Assembly: GCA_963716395.1 (NCBI GenBank)
Contig: OY970309.1
Coordinates: 544,001 to 608,000 of the forward strand
Length of the DNA: 64,000 nucleotides
Origin: an uncultured Fibrobacteria bacterium
GTDB taxonomy: Bacteria; Fibrobacterota; Fibrobacteria; UBA11236
Reading direction: 5' to 3'
Shown: positions 51,011-60,793 of the stretch, piece after piece
Layout of the letters: every line of letters begins with the position of its first letter
Numbering within the stretch: position 1 is the first letter of the stretch
Notes under the pieces: generated by a model
What the model was told of the DNA's origin: nothing
What the model saw: the letters and a program-made list of their open reading frames with translations, nothing else
Databases searched by the model: none
Program-made: the position numbers and the translations under genes

Positions 51011-52035
51011 GACCCGGAAGATCTCGTGGCCTGGGCCGGGTCAGCCGCCGCGGGCCGCCGGGCGGCGTTGGCCTGATAGGCCTGCCAGGTGGTGCGCAAC
51101 AGGGTTTCCACGTCGCTGGAGTGCGCCCGCCAGCCCAATACATCCGCAGCGCGCTGCGAAGAAGCCACCACGGCCGCCGCATCGCCGGGGCGCCGGCCCA
51201 CGATTTCATAGGGAAATTGCCGGCCCGTGATGGCCGCGGCCTGGCGCACCATCTCCAGCACGGTAATGCCGGCGCCGGTTCCCAGGTTCAAGGTGAGATT
51301 TTCCCCGCCGCGGGACAGGTGGTCGAGCGCGGCCACATGGGCCGCCGCCAGATCCGCCACGTGGATATAATCGCGGACGCAGGTCCCGTCGCGCGTGGGA
51401 TAGTCGTTGCCGAATATCTGCAGCTTGGGGCGCCAGCCCATGGCGGTTTCCATCACCACTGGCAGGAGATTGGCGGGATTCTTCTCCAACCCGGTAATCC
51501 CACCGTCGGGGTCATAGCCGGCGGCGTTGAAATACCGCAGCGAGACATGCTTCAAGCCTTTCAAGCGGCCGTACCACTCGAGAAACCCTTCGATGACGAG
51601 CTTGGTGTGGCCGTAGTAATTCTCGGGCCGGGTGGGGTGTTGTTCATCCAGCGGCAGGTATTGCGGCTCGCCGTACACGGCCGCGGTGGAGGAAAACACC
51701 AAGGCCGGAATGCCGGTCGCGAGCACGGCCTCGAGCAGATTCAGGGTGCCGATGATATTGTGACGGCTGTAACGTTCGGGCGCGGTCATACTTTCGCCCG
51801 CCGCTTTGAGCGCCGCCAGATGGATGACCCCGTCGAAGGGAAATTCGCGCGCCGCCGCCTGCAAAGCCGGAAGATCGAGAACGTCGCCCAGACGAAAAAC
51901 CGCCGCGGCGGGCAGGTTCGCACGCGCGCCCGTGGAGAGGTTGTCGAACACCGCCACGGTATGCCCCGCGCGCAATAGGGCTTGGCAAACATGGGAACCG
52001 ATATAGCCGGCTCCGCCCACGACCCAAACGTTCAT
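51007..52035 (-). CDS. galE: UDP-glucose 4-epimerase
   Basis: GGAGYIGSH, FSSTAAVYG, YGHTK, LRYFNAAG, DGTCVRDYIHV, RRPGD. Confidence 0.96.
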   Translation of the reverse strand: MNVWVVGGAGYIGSHVCQALLRAGHTVAVFDNLSTGARANLPAAAVFRLGDVLDLPALQAAAREFPFDGVIHLAALKAAGESMTAPERYSRHNIIGTLNLLEAVLATGIPALVFSSTAAVYGEPQYLPLDEQHPTRPENYYGHTKLVIEGFLEWYGRLKGLKHVSLRYFNAAGYDPDGGITGLEKNPANLLPVVMETAMGWRPKLQIFGNDYPTRDGTCVRDYIHVADLAAAHVAALDHLSRGGENLTLNLGTGAGITVLEMVRQAAAITGRQFPYEIVGRRPGDAAAVVASSQRAADVLGWRAHSSDVETLLRTTWQAYQANAARRPAAADPAQATRSSGS

Positions 52036-52062
52036 GGTTAATCTCCTCCGCGGAACCGGGCT

Positions 52063-53793
52063 TCAAGATTCTGCCGTTCGGCGCAATACAAATAAAGAAA
52101 TGTCGTCGGTATTGGGACGATGCTCCGAGAACCGATCGCGATCGCGCTGCACTTCACCCAGCAATTCAGGAAGGGGGCGCGGCGCCATGCGGGTCACCAG
52201 GTTTTCCAGACGCTTGCGGCCGTACAGCTCATCGCGCACATTCATGGTTTCGGTGATCCCATCGGTATACATGAACAGCAAATCCCCGGGCTCGATCACC
52301 ACCGTGCTTTCCTCGAAGCGGGTTTCGGGAAACATGCCCAGAAAAAACCCGCTGCGCGCCTCCAACCGTTCCAGGCTTTTATCCCGGCCGCGCAGGATGA
52401 ACGGATAGGGATGGCAGACCCGGCAATAGCGCAGCGTGCCCGAAGGCACGTGCAGAAGGCCGGCAAAGGCGGTGAGATAATGCTCGGTTTTCACGGCCGC
52501 GCAGAGATCCACGTTGACTGCGGCCAATACCTCGCCTACCGAACGGCCGCCGCGCACATGACGGTCAAAGGCCATTTTCGCCATGGCCGTCACCAAGGCC
52601 GCCGGTACCCCGTGACCCGAAACGTCGGTGATGAGCAGAAATAGGTTATCGCCTTCGAGCATGCCCACATGGTAAAAGTCGCCGCTGACCTGGCCCGTGG
52701 GCAGATAGTCGGCGGCCAATTCATAGCCGGGCAAGTCGGGAAAAGTGCGCGGCAGCATGCCTTGCTGCACCTGCTTGGCCATTTCCAGTTCCACTTCGGT
52801 CTCATGGCGCACGCGCATGAGCTCCTGGTTCTGCACCGACAGCTCTTCGGTGCGCTGGCGCACCTTGTCTTCGAGTTCCTGGGCGTTGGCGATGAGCTTG
52901 TGCTCCATTTCCTTGAACTGGCTCACGTCGGTAATGAACCACACCCGACCGATCAGGCGCGATTGCTCGTCGACGATGGGGCGGGTGAAGATCTGATAGC
53001 TGGCCGGTTGCGGCAGCACCATTTCAAAAAGACCCTCGCGTTGCAATTGCGGATCGCGCTGAATGGCGCCGAAAAAGTCGACGAACTCCTGCGGCTGGCG
53101 GAAATGGTATTGCAGCAAATCCGCGGCGATGTAGAACTGCATGCCGATGAATTGCCGCCAGTTGAGCCCGAACATTTTGCCAAAGCGGGCATTGGTGGAG
53201 CGGATGATGCCGCCTTCATCGACCAGGGCGATGCCGTCCTTGGAAGTGCCGACGATGGCCTTGACCCGGCTTTCCCAGATGCGCAGATCGGTGATGTCGG
53301 TCGCAGAAATGATGCGCGTGCCGGCCAGGAGGGAGCTGCGAAAGTGGTAATAGCGCTTTTCGCCGCTTTGAATCTGCACCTCTTTTTCCCATTCGCTCTC
53401 GCGGCCCTCGGGTTCGAGGTAATAATCGATGTCGGCGAAGATGAGGCGCCCCGAAGCGGTCGACGCCCCCAATTCGCGGATGGGTTTGCCCAGGGATTGG
53501 GTGAGGGGCATACCCAGAATTTCCAAGGCGTAATGGTTGATCTTCACCACCCGGTTTTCCCCATCGAGGTGGATGATGCCCGTGCTTTTTTCCACGAAGT
53601 CTTCCTGCTTCGCCGACTCCAGCCGCTCGTTCTGAACCGATTGAAACTCCGATTGCAATTGGGCCACCTGGCGCTTGAGCTCCGGAATTTCCACGTCGTC
53701 TTTGTATTTGAGCAAATGCTGAAGCTGAATATTCTGCTGCTTGAGCTTGGAATATTCCTGCCCGGGGTCGGAAGGGGTGCTGTGTGAGTCCAA
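52063..53793 (-). CDS. PAS-PAS-SpoIIE/RsbU (PP2C-type) phosphatase
   Basis: Coiled coil, two PAS, VSGDFY, DVSGHG, YTDGITE, DDIS; probable TTG start. Confidence 0.9.
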   Translation of the reverse strand: MDSHSTPSDPGQEYSKLKQQNIQLQHLLKYKDDVEIPELKRQVAQLQSEFQSVQNERLESAKQEDFVEKSTGIIHLDGENRVVKINHYALEILGMPLTQSLGKPIRELGASTASGRLIFADIDYYLEPEGRESEWEKEVQIQSGEKRYYHFRSSLLAGTRIISATDITDLRIWESRVKAIVGTSKDGIALVDEGGIIRSTNARFGKMFGLNWRQFIGMQFYIAADLLQYHFRQPQEFVDFFGAIQRDPQLQREGLFEMVLPQPASYQIFTRPIVDEQSRLIGRVWFITDVSQFKEMEHKLIANAQELEDKVRQRTEELSVQNQELMRVRHETEVELEMAKQVQQGMLPRTFPDLPGYELAADYLPTGQVSGDFYHVGMLEGDNLFLLITDVSGHGVPAALVTAMAKMAFDRHVRGGRSVGEVLAAVNVDLCAAVKTEHYLTAFAGLLHVPSGTLRYCRVCHPYPFILRGRDKSLERLEARSGFFLGMFPETRFEESTVVIEPGDLLFMYTDGITETMNVRDELYGRKRLENLVTRMAPRPLPELLGEVQRDRDRFSEHRPNTDDISLFVLRRTAES

Positions 53794-54045
53794 CCGTTTT
53801 TTCCTTACGGCACGGTCGCAGACGCCCCGGACCCGAAAGAGGAAAACGGACCTCTCAGCCCTGGGGACATGCGCTGCAAGTATACTCGGTCCGCCGGCAT
53901 TTTCACACGCTTTTCCTCTTCCGTCCCCAGGAACTATACCCGCGGCTCTTCCCACGGCTCTTAGCACCGGATCCCACGCCCGGCTTGTCCATAAGTCGAC
54001 GTGACATGTATCTTATTTATCCCCACCGACAGGCAAGGAATATCC

Positions 54046-54609
54046 ATGCGCACTTCTCTGATTTTAGCCGCGTTTTATGTTGCCGCCAACGTCATGGCCG
54101 TTCGTGCCCAAGATCGGGGTCCGGTTCAGGGGCCGGTTGCGCCTCCCCCTCCGCCCACTTTTGAGTTGGACAAGTCCGGAAAACGCGCGCATATCGATTT
54201 CAGCCTGAAAGTCAAGCCCATCAGCGAAGCGAATCTCGATTTGTCGCAATTCGCCAACCGCAATCTGCTGGTATTCTACTTCTCGGCGGAATGCCCCCAT
54301 TGCCAGCATGCCGCGCCCTATGTGCAAAAGCTGGCCGACGATTTGTCGGCTAAGGGCTTCGTAAGCATCGCCATCGCCATCAAATTCAACCCGGAAGAAT
54401 CCATCCGCAACTTCATCCGCGACTACAACATCCGCATGCCGGTATTCCAAGACGATGAGCGGGTGTTCGGTGAAAACTACGGTGTCGGCACCATTCCCCT
54501 GCTGATCCTGGTGGACTCCAAAGGTGAATACGTACGCTACAAAACCTTCGATCCCGACGAAACCCCCAAAATGATTCTGGACGAAGCCAATCTCTTCGTC
54601 AAGAAATAG
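54046..54609 (+). CDS. Exported TlpA/AhpC-TSA-like thioredoxin
   Basis: Signal peptide, FSAECPHC, YGVGTIP. Confidence 0.85.
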   Translation: MRTSLILAAFYVAANVMAVRAQDRGPVQGPVAPPPPPTFELDKSGKRAHIDFSLKVKPISEANLDLSQFANRNLLVFYFSAECPHCQHAAPYVQKLADDLSAKGFVSIAIAIKFNPEESIRNFIRDYNIRMPVFQDDERVFGENYGVGTIPLLILVDSKGEYVRYKTFDPDETPKMILDEANLFVKK

Positions 54610-54679
54610 CCCCGCGATCGCCCTGCTTCCTGGAGCCGGTGCTCCCTCGGAGGTCCCCAGCCCCGAATCGACGCGCCGG

Positions 54680-55663
54680 GTGGTTGCGGTCTTTTCCCAC
54701 CGCGTGCCGCCCGGCCAGAACGGAGCGCGATTGGCGGAATACCTGAGCGCACGGTTCCCCTACCATACCTTACCGGAATGGCTTGGTCGCATCGGCGACG
54801 GACACGTCCGCGTCGAAGGCCGACCCGCCACCCCCGAAACCCTACTCGCCGTGGGCGCGCGCGTCGAATATGCGCTGGAGGATTACGAAGAACCGGCGGT
54901 GCCGCTGGATTTTCACGACGTCGTCCGCGCTGAGTGCGTGGCCCTGTTGCACAAACCCGCGGGATTGCCCGTGCATAAAACCGGCAAGGTGTTCGTGCAC
55001 ACTTTGGCGAACTTGCATGGGTTGCGGCATGGCCGCGAGTGGTCGCCCCTGCACCGCCTGGACGTCGAAACCAGCGGTCTGGTGGCGTTCGCCCGTGGAC
55101 GCGAAGCCTTGCGCCGCCTGGCTCCCACCCGGCCCGGAACGCATTGGCGCAAGCTGTATGTGGCCGGCGTGCGCGGCGAACCCGAAGCGCAAGGCCGCCT
55201 CGAATTTCCCCTGGCGGAAAACCCCGCCGACCCCATCCGCAGCAAAATGCATCCGCATCCCGCCGGCAAACCCGCCTGCACCTTGTACCGCCGTCTGAGC
55301 CTGAGCCCCTCCGGCGCCTTGCTGCTGCTGCGCCCCCTCACCGGCCGCAAGCACCAAATCCGCGCCCATTGCGCGGCCGGGGGATTTCCCGTGCGGGGCG
55401 ACAAAATTTACGGATGCGACGGCCGGTTTTATCTGAAACGCATGTCCACGCCGCTCACCTCCGCCGATTTGGAAGCACTAGGCGCGCCCCATCACCTGCT
55501 GCATGCCCTGCATCTCGACATTCGGGATGAAAACGGGATGGGTATCACGGGAACCGATTTCGAAGTGCCGGCGGCTTTTCTCCGCGCCTTTCCGGAATGG
55601 CCCGATCTGGCCCCATCCCTGCCGGAAAGCCTGGCCTGGCGAGAGCTTTTGGACGCGGAATGA
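54680..55663 (+). CDS. RluA-family pseudouridine synthase
   Basis: S4-like N-terminus, KPAGLPVH, HRLDVETSG, TGRKHQIRAH, GDKIYG. Confidence 0.93.
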   Translation: MVAVFSHRVPPGQNGARLAEYLSARFPYHTLPEWLGRIGDGHVRVEGRPATPETLLAVGARVEYALEDYEEPAVPLDFHDVVRAECVALLHKPAGLPVHKTGKVFVHTLANLHGLRHGREWSPLHRLDVETSGLVAFARGREALRRLAPTRPGTHWRKLYVAGVRGEPEAQGRLEFPLAENPADPIRSKMHPHPAGKPACTLYRRLSLSPSGALLLLRPLTGRKHQIRAHCAAGGFPVRGDKIYGCDGRFYLKRMSTPLTSADLEALGAPHHLLHALHLDIRDENGMGITGTDFEVPAAFLRAFPEWPDLAPSLPESLAWRELLDAE

Positions 55664-55704
55664 GTCGCGCAGCCGCGGACCTCCGCCGCGCACATCGATT
55701 GGGT

Positions 55705-56817
55705 TCAGGGATCGCCGCGGACATGGGCCAGCGCATGGCGTTTGCGATCCCAGGGCCGGACGCCGAAGCGGTAAATGGGAACGGCCAGCGCTACGGAGAT
55801 CACGGCTGTGACGACGCCCAGGTATTTCGCGTCAACGGAGAAATGGCGAAAGGCCTGCACCAAGTTGTCGAGCACCGCCAGATGCACAAGGTAAACGGGA
55901 AAGGAGAGTTCGCCCAAGAAGCGGTCGGCGCGACTTTTTCCAAACAGCCAAAACAAAACCGCCAGGGCCGACGGCCAAAGCGCATAGCTGAGGTACAGCG
56001 CAGGATGCACGCCCAGCCACCGCCCCAGGAATCGGGTGGCGGCGGCCTGGGCCACCAGCGCCAGTAACACGCAAGTCATGGCGGCGGCGGAGCCGAGGCG
56101 ACTCCATGCGGGCGCATGACGCTCCGCCAGCGCGCGGACATAAAAGCGGTAGCCCAGCATGCCCAGCACGAACAAGCCCAATTCGAACGGGAAGAATTGA
56201 TAGGCCCAGGGGTCGAAACGCAGCCCCGCGCGAAAGGCAGCGAAGCGGGCCGCGAAGGTCGCGAGCACCAGCAGCAGCAACCAGCGGCTTTTCAGGCGGT
56301 TCAACCAGGGGGCCAGCAGGTAAAAAGTCAGCTCCAGCCCGACCGACCAACATTGGGGAAAGACTTCGTAAACGAAAAGCGGGGTCCGGCCCAGATTGGC
56401 ATGTACCGCAAAGCGCAGCGATTGGCCGACGTCGTGCTGCAAAAACAAAACCCAATCCTGCCCGAAAAGGGTGAGGTTGGAGATCGCCGCCATCCAAAAA
56501 CCCGCCCCGCCGTTTTGATCGAAAGGGTGATAGCGGAAGGGCGCCAATTCCAACCAACGATGAAAATGCAGTCCGGCCGCCGCGCACCAAAGCGCGACGC
56601 CGATTAAAACCGCCCAATACACCGGATAGATGCGCAAAAAGCGGCTGAGATAGAACTGCCGTCGCGAAGCGTAGCGCGTGGAGAGTACCAGCGCCATGTA
56701 GAATCCGGAAATGAGAAAAAAAATTTGCACGGCCTGACGGGCGTCGTGCACCGGCAGATTCCATTGCGCATGAGCGGCAAGTACGGCCAGTGCCAGATAA
56801 AGTCGGACGATTCCCAT
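55705..56817 (-). CDS. Acyltransferase 3 (OafA-like) membrane protein
   Basis: AVQIFFLISGF, SRFLRIYP, WSVGLELTFY, LGELSFPVYLVH. Confidence 0.9.
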   Translation of the reverse strand: MGIVRLYLALAVLAAHAQWNLPVHDARQAVQIFFLISGFYMALVLSTRYASRRQFYLSRFLRIYPVYWAVLIGVALWCAAAGLHFHRWLELAPFRYHPFDQNGGAGFWMAAISNLTLFGQDWVLFLQHDVGQSLRFAVHANLGRTPLFVYEVFPQCWSVGLELTFYLLAPWLNRLKSRWLLLLVLATFAARFAAFRAGLRFDPWAYQFFPFELGLFVLGMLGYRFYVRALAERHAPAWSRLGSAAAMTCVLLALVAQAAATRFLGRWLGVHPALYLSYALWPSALAVLFWLFGKSRADRFLGELSFPVYLVHLAVLDNLVQAFRHFSVDAKYLGVVTAVISVALAVPIYRFGVRPWDRKRHALAHVRGDP

Positions 56818-56938
56818 GCTCGGGTCGGCCGGAACCCGGCCCTCTCAGCGAGTCGGGTCGGGCCCGGCCGGCTCCGCCGCCATTATATCACGGTTGCCCG
56901 CGCGCAATAATATCTTGATGACAAAAGCGAGGTGAATT

Positions 56939-57574
56939 ATGCCCGGGATGCTTGCGAACCTACATGTTGTCATCACCGGCGCCCACGGTGGATTGGGCCC
57001 GGCCGTGGCCGACGCACTGCGGCAGGCCGGCGCGATTTGCCATACTCCCGCGCGACAAGAAGTCGATCTGACCGACGAAGCGGCCGTCGCGCGCTATTAC
57101 GCGGGGCTGCCGGCGCTGTGGGCCTCGGTACACGTGGCCGGCGGATTCAGCATGGCCCCGGTGCAGGATACGTCGCTGGCCGCGTTTGCGGCGCAATGGA
57201 ATGTAAATACCGTCACGGCTTTTATCGCCTGTCGCGAAGCCGTGCGGCAGATGCGGCAATCCGGAGAAAAAGGCGGCCGCATCGTCAACGTGGCCGCGCG
57301 CGCGGCCGTGGAACACCCCGGCGGTAAAATCGCTTATGTGACCGCCAAGGCAGGGGTGGCGGCCCTGACACAAGCCTTGGCCGACGAAGTGCGCGGCGAC
57401 GGCATTTGGGTCAATGCCGTACTGCCCGATACCATCGATACGCCCGCCAACCGCGCCGCCATGCCCGGAGCCGATTTTTCCCGGTGGACAGCACCGTCGG
57501 CCATCGCGCGCACCATCGCCTGGCTGGCCTCGCCGGAAAATGCCGGCACCACGGGAGCCTTGCTGCCGGTGTAA
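56939..57574 (+). CDS. Short-chain dehydrogenase/reductase
   Basis: ITGAHGGLG, YVTAK, VNAVLPDTIDTPANR. Confidence 0.9.
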   Translation: MPGMLANLHVVITGAHGGLGPAVADALRQAGAICHTPARQEVDLTDEAAVARYYAGLPALWASVHVAGGFSMAPVQDTSLAAFAAQWNVNTVTAFIACREAVRQMRQSGEKGGRIVNVAARAAVEHPGGKIAYVTAKAGVAALTQALADEVRGDGIWVNAVLPDTIDTPANRAAMPGADFSRWTAPSAIARTIAWLASPENAGTTGALLPV

Positions 57575-57612
57575 TCGCGCGGAAAGCGAAGCGGAAACCG
57601 GTCCGGCTTGAT

Positions 57613-57945
57613 TTACGCCGGATCCGTCGAACTTGGCCCCAGCCACGCACGCACTTGCGCTTCCAGGGCGGGAATATCGGCTTCGCCCACGCCTTGAAAC
57701 CAGACCCCACGCGGATAGCACATGATGTTCGGGCCTTGGGCGCAAGGTCCCAAACAACCCGTACGGGTGACGCGCACCGGCAGGCGCGCCGCCTTGAAGC
57801 GCGCCTTCAATTCCTCGAAGACGCGCTGGGCCTCTCCCGAATCGCCGCATGAAGGGGTGCCGTCGTGGCGGGCATTGGTGCACACCAGCACGTGCAGGGG
57901 ATGTGGAGTGGGTTCGATGCGCATGCGGGAACGTCCGAAGCCCAT
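57613..57945 (-). CDS. Thioredoxin-like (2Fe-2S) ferredoxin
   Basis: VCTN...SC...GCLGPC...GP...YP-x-GVW. Confidence 0.9.
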   Translation of the reverse strand: MGFGRSRMRIEPTPHPLHVLVCTNARHDGTPSCGDSGEAQRVFEELKARFKAARLPVRVTRTGCLGPCAQGPNIMCYPRGVWFQGVGEADIPALEAQVRAWLGPSSTDPA

Positions 57946-58091
57946 AAACTAGATTACCGGCTCGTGCCCCGGGCGGCTGCCTTCGCCGCCGGCGGCGGCA
58001 ACCTGCCGGGGGAAAACATCCAATGCCCACTGTAGCGTTCAGGTTACGAATTCCGCCGGCGACCAGCCCCGCCTAGATCTTTGGAAATCCG

Positions 58092-58823
58092 GTGTCGCGC
58101 CGCGCGTTTTTCATTTCCGACCTGCATTTGGGGGCGCGCTACCCCAAGTCGCATCCGCACCGCGCCGAACTCTTCGAAACCTTTTTGCGCGCCCGCGCCG
58201 ACGACGCCGAGCAGGTCTTCATTCTCGGCGATTTGTTCGAGTTCTGGATGGAATACCACCACTACATACCCAAGCACCACTTCGGCGTGCTGGCCGCCCT
58301 GCGCGATCTCACGGGCCGTGGTATTCCGGTGCATTACCTCGCCGGCAACCACGACTTCGACTTGGGCGCCTTTTTCCGCGAACAGTTGGGCGTCGCCACC
58401 CATGCCGATGCATTGGCCGTCGAAGTCCAGGGCCGCCGGCTGCTGCTGCTGCACGGCGACGGCATGGATGCGGGGGATGGGGCCTATCGTTTGGTCAAGC
58501 GGGTGATCCGCAGCCCTCTGGCCGGCCGCCTGTTCCGCGCGTTGCACCCCGATCTCGGCATGGCCCTGGCGCTGGCGGTCGGCAAACTCTCGCGCGACCG
58601 GCACGGCAATGTTCCGCGCCACCTGGCGCGTTACGAAAACGCGGCGCGCGCCCTGTTGCGCCAGGGAAACGACATCGTGATGCACGGACACGTGCATGCG
58701 GGCTTCGTGAAACATCTGCCCGAAGGGATTTACGTCAACACCGGGGAGTGGCTGGAGCGCCTGCAATACGTGGAGATGGCCGACGGGGAGTGCGCGCTGA
58801 AAACCTACACACCGCCCTCATGA
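58092..58823 (+). CDS. lpxH: UDP-2,3-diacylglucosamine diphosphatase
   Basis: ISDLHL, LGDLFEFW, GNHD, HGD, HGHVH, NTGEW. Confidence 0.9.
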   Translation: MSRRAFFISDLHLGARYPKSHPHRAELFETFLRARADDAEQVFILGDLFEFWMEYHHYIPKHHFGVLAALRDLTGRGIPVHYLAGNHDFDLGAFFREQLGVATHADALAVEVQGRRLLLLHGDGMDAGDGAYRLVKRVIRSPLAGRLFRALHPDLGMALALAVGKLSRDRHGNVPRHLARYENAARALLRQGNDIVMHGHVHAGFVKHLPEGIYVNTGEWLERLQYVEMADGECALKTYTPPS

Positions 58824-58863
58824 ACGGCCCGACTCTGGCGTTATCCGCCGCTGCGGCCGGTAG

Positions 58864-59748
58864 TCACAGGCCCGCGAGTTCGCGGCGGATGGCTTCGAGG
58901 CGTTCGTAGTCTTCGTTTTGCAGGGCTTCGACCTTGGACACCAAAAGTTCGAGTCGGCGCAGGGCCGCTGCATCGAATTTACTCGTGCTTTCGATCACCT
59001 TGAGAATGGCGGCGGCGTCGTTGGGAAACCCGAAATCCTGCATGAACCCTTCGAATTCGGTGACCGCGTGGGCATGCTCCGACGATTGGCCGCGGGTGTA
59101 AATCATACGCGGAATCAATACCTTGAGCAGATGCTCTTTCCAATCTTCGGCGTGGGCGGGGGCCGCGGTCGCGCCGGGCTTGGCCGGGCTTTCGATGTTG
59201 AGCAGCAGTTCGGAAATCTCTTTTTCCATCTCGCGATGTTCCTGCTCGCGGTAATACGCCTGGTACAGAATGGGGAATGAGTTCACGCACAGATGGGCGT
59301 GGCTCAGCACCTTGAACGCGCCCAGACAATAAATGTCGGCATCCTGCTCCAGCATTTCCTCTTCGGAAGAAAAGAACGCCACCTTGGCGGGAATGGGAAT
59401 GAAGTCGGCATTCTTCATCGACTCAAGCCTTTCTTTCACGGCTTCGGGGTCGAGCGCGCCCTCCAACCCTCCGGTTTCGCGCGCCTGTTCGATCACCTCC
59501 TGGATTCCCTTTTCCAAGGAGATGCCGAATTCCTTCTTGAAAAAATCGCGGATGTTGCGCTGATCCACATAATTGGCCTGCACGGCCAGAATGCCGTTGC
59601 GCACCAAAGCTTCCAGCGATCCGGAGGCTTCATCCGGCTCTTTGTTGGCTTCGTCGCGGCCTTCGATGCGCACGTAGACCACCAGTTTGCCCCGCAACCG
59701 GCCGGGGTCGCCCTTTTTCAAATCGATGTGAAAGCCCGAAAAACCCAT
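58864..59748 (-). CDS. Hypothetical protein with C-terminal UvrB/UvrC-like (UVR) motif
   Basis: Typical codon usage; terminal EALQNEDYERLEAIRREL. Confidence 0.7.
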   Translation of the reverse strand: MGFSGFHIDLKKGDPGRLRGKLVVYVRIEGRDEANKEPDEASGSLEALVRNGILAVQANYVDQRNIRDFFKKEFGISLEKGIQEVIEQARETGGLEGALDPEAVKERLESMKNADFIPIPAKVAFFSSEEEMLEQDADIYCLGAFKVLSHAHLCVNSFPILYQAYYREQEHREMEKEISELLLNIESPAKPGATAAPAHAEDWKEHLLKVLIPRMIYTRGQSSEHAHAVTEFEGFMQDFGFPNDAAAILKVIESTSKFDAAALRRLELLVSKVEALQNEDYERLEAIRRELAGL

Positions 59749-59823
59749 ACCCGGCGACCAAGGTAGAAGATTCGCAAGGCCGAAGCAGGCGAGCGAATGT
59801 GATTCCACGGGCCCGGCGGGGCG

Positions 59824-60684
59824 TCAAATTTCGAGGACGATTTTGAACTTGTCGATGTCTTCGAGGGCTTCGGCACGCAGTTGGGCCAATTCCTCCTCGG
59901 AAAAGCCCAATTGCTCCACGATGCCTGCGTCGAGCTTCGGCGGACATTCGATGCCGGGGGTGCCGAAATCGATTTGGTAGCACAAGACGTCGGCCATGTG
60001 CACCAGGGCGGTGACGTCAGCCGCCTGCGGCGCTTCGCTGGGACGGTGGTGGTAGATGATGGGGATGCGAATCTCGTGGGGCAACTCCCAACGCGCGGTC
60101 AGCCATTCGCCGGCGTCGGTATGGCTGAATCCCAAAACCTGGGTTTCGGCGTCGCCCAGGGAAATTTTTTCGGATCCCGCCCGCTTGAAGGCTTGGGCGA
60201 ATTCCTCGTGAAAATATTGATCGAGCACCACCCGGCCGATGTCGTGGATGAGCCCGGCACAAAAGCATTCCTCGGGATCGAACAAAGTGACGCGGCGCAT
60301 GCGCTGCGCCAGCAATTTGGTCAGCACCGCGCAGGCCAGGCAGTGGGCCCAGAACCGCTTTCGGTTCAGCGCCTCTTCACGGCCGTCACCCGGGAACATT
60401 TTGACCACGGTGATGCTGAACACCATGGTGTTGATCACTTTGAGTCCGAGAATAACCACGGCGTTGTGCACCGTGGTCACCGTGCGGGGGATGCCGTAAA
60501 AAGCCGAGTTGGCCAAGCGCAGCACCTTGGAGGTCAAGCTGGGATCGCGGGCGATGAGATTGGCGACATCGGCTGCTGTGGTGATGGGATCGTTGATGAT
60601 GCGCATCAGGCGATTGGCGACTTCGGGAAGGGTCGGCAGGTTTTCGATCTGCTCGATTCTTTTGCGCGGAACGTTCTTGGTCAT
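59824..60684 (-). CDS. HDOD domain protein
   Basis: LPTLP, DPSLTSKVLRLANSAFYG, GLIHDIG, IIYHH. Confidence 0.93.
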   Translation of the reverse strand: MTKNVPRKRIEQIENLPTLPEVANRLMRIINDPITTAADVANLIARDPSLTSKVLRLANSAFYGIPRTVTTVHNAVVILGLKVINTMVFSITVVKMFPGDGREEALNRKRFWAHCLACAVLTKLLAQRMRRVTLFDPEECFCAGLIHDIGRVVLDQYFHEEFAQAFKRAGSEKISLGDAETQVLGFSHTDAGEWLTARWELPHEIRIPIIYHHRPSEAPQAADVTALVHMADVLCYQIDFGTPGIECPPKLDAGIVEQLGFSEEELAQLRAEALEDIDKFKIVLEI

Positions 60685-60793
60685 GTAATCCAGGAGGCGG
60701 AAGGGTGCCGATGGACATCCATCGGGACGGCTTAGTGTATAACAAGTGAACCGGCCATGCAACCTCGCCGAATTTATCCATGCGCGAAGCGGC

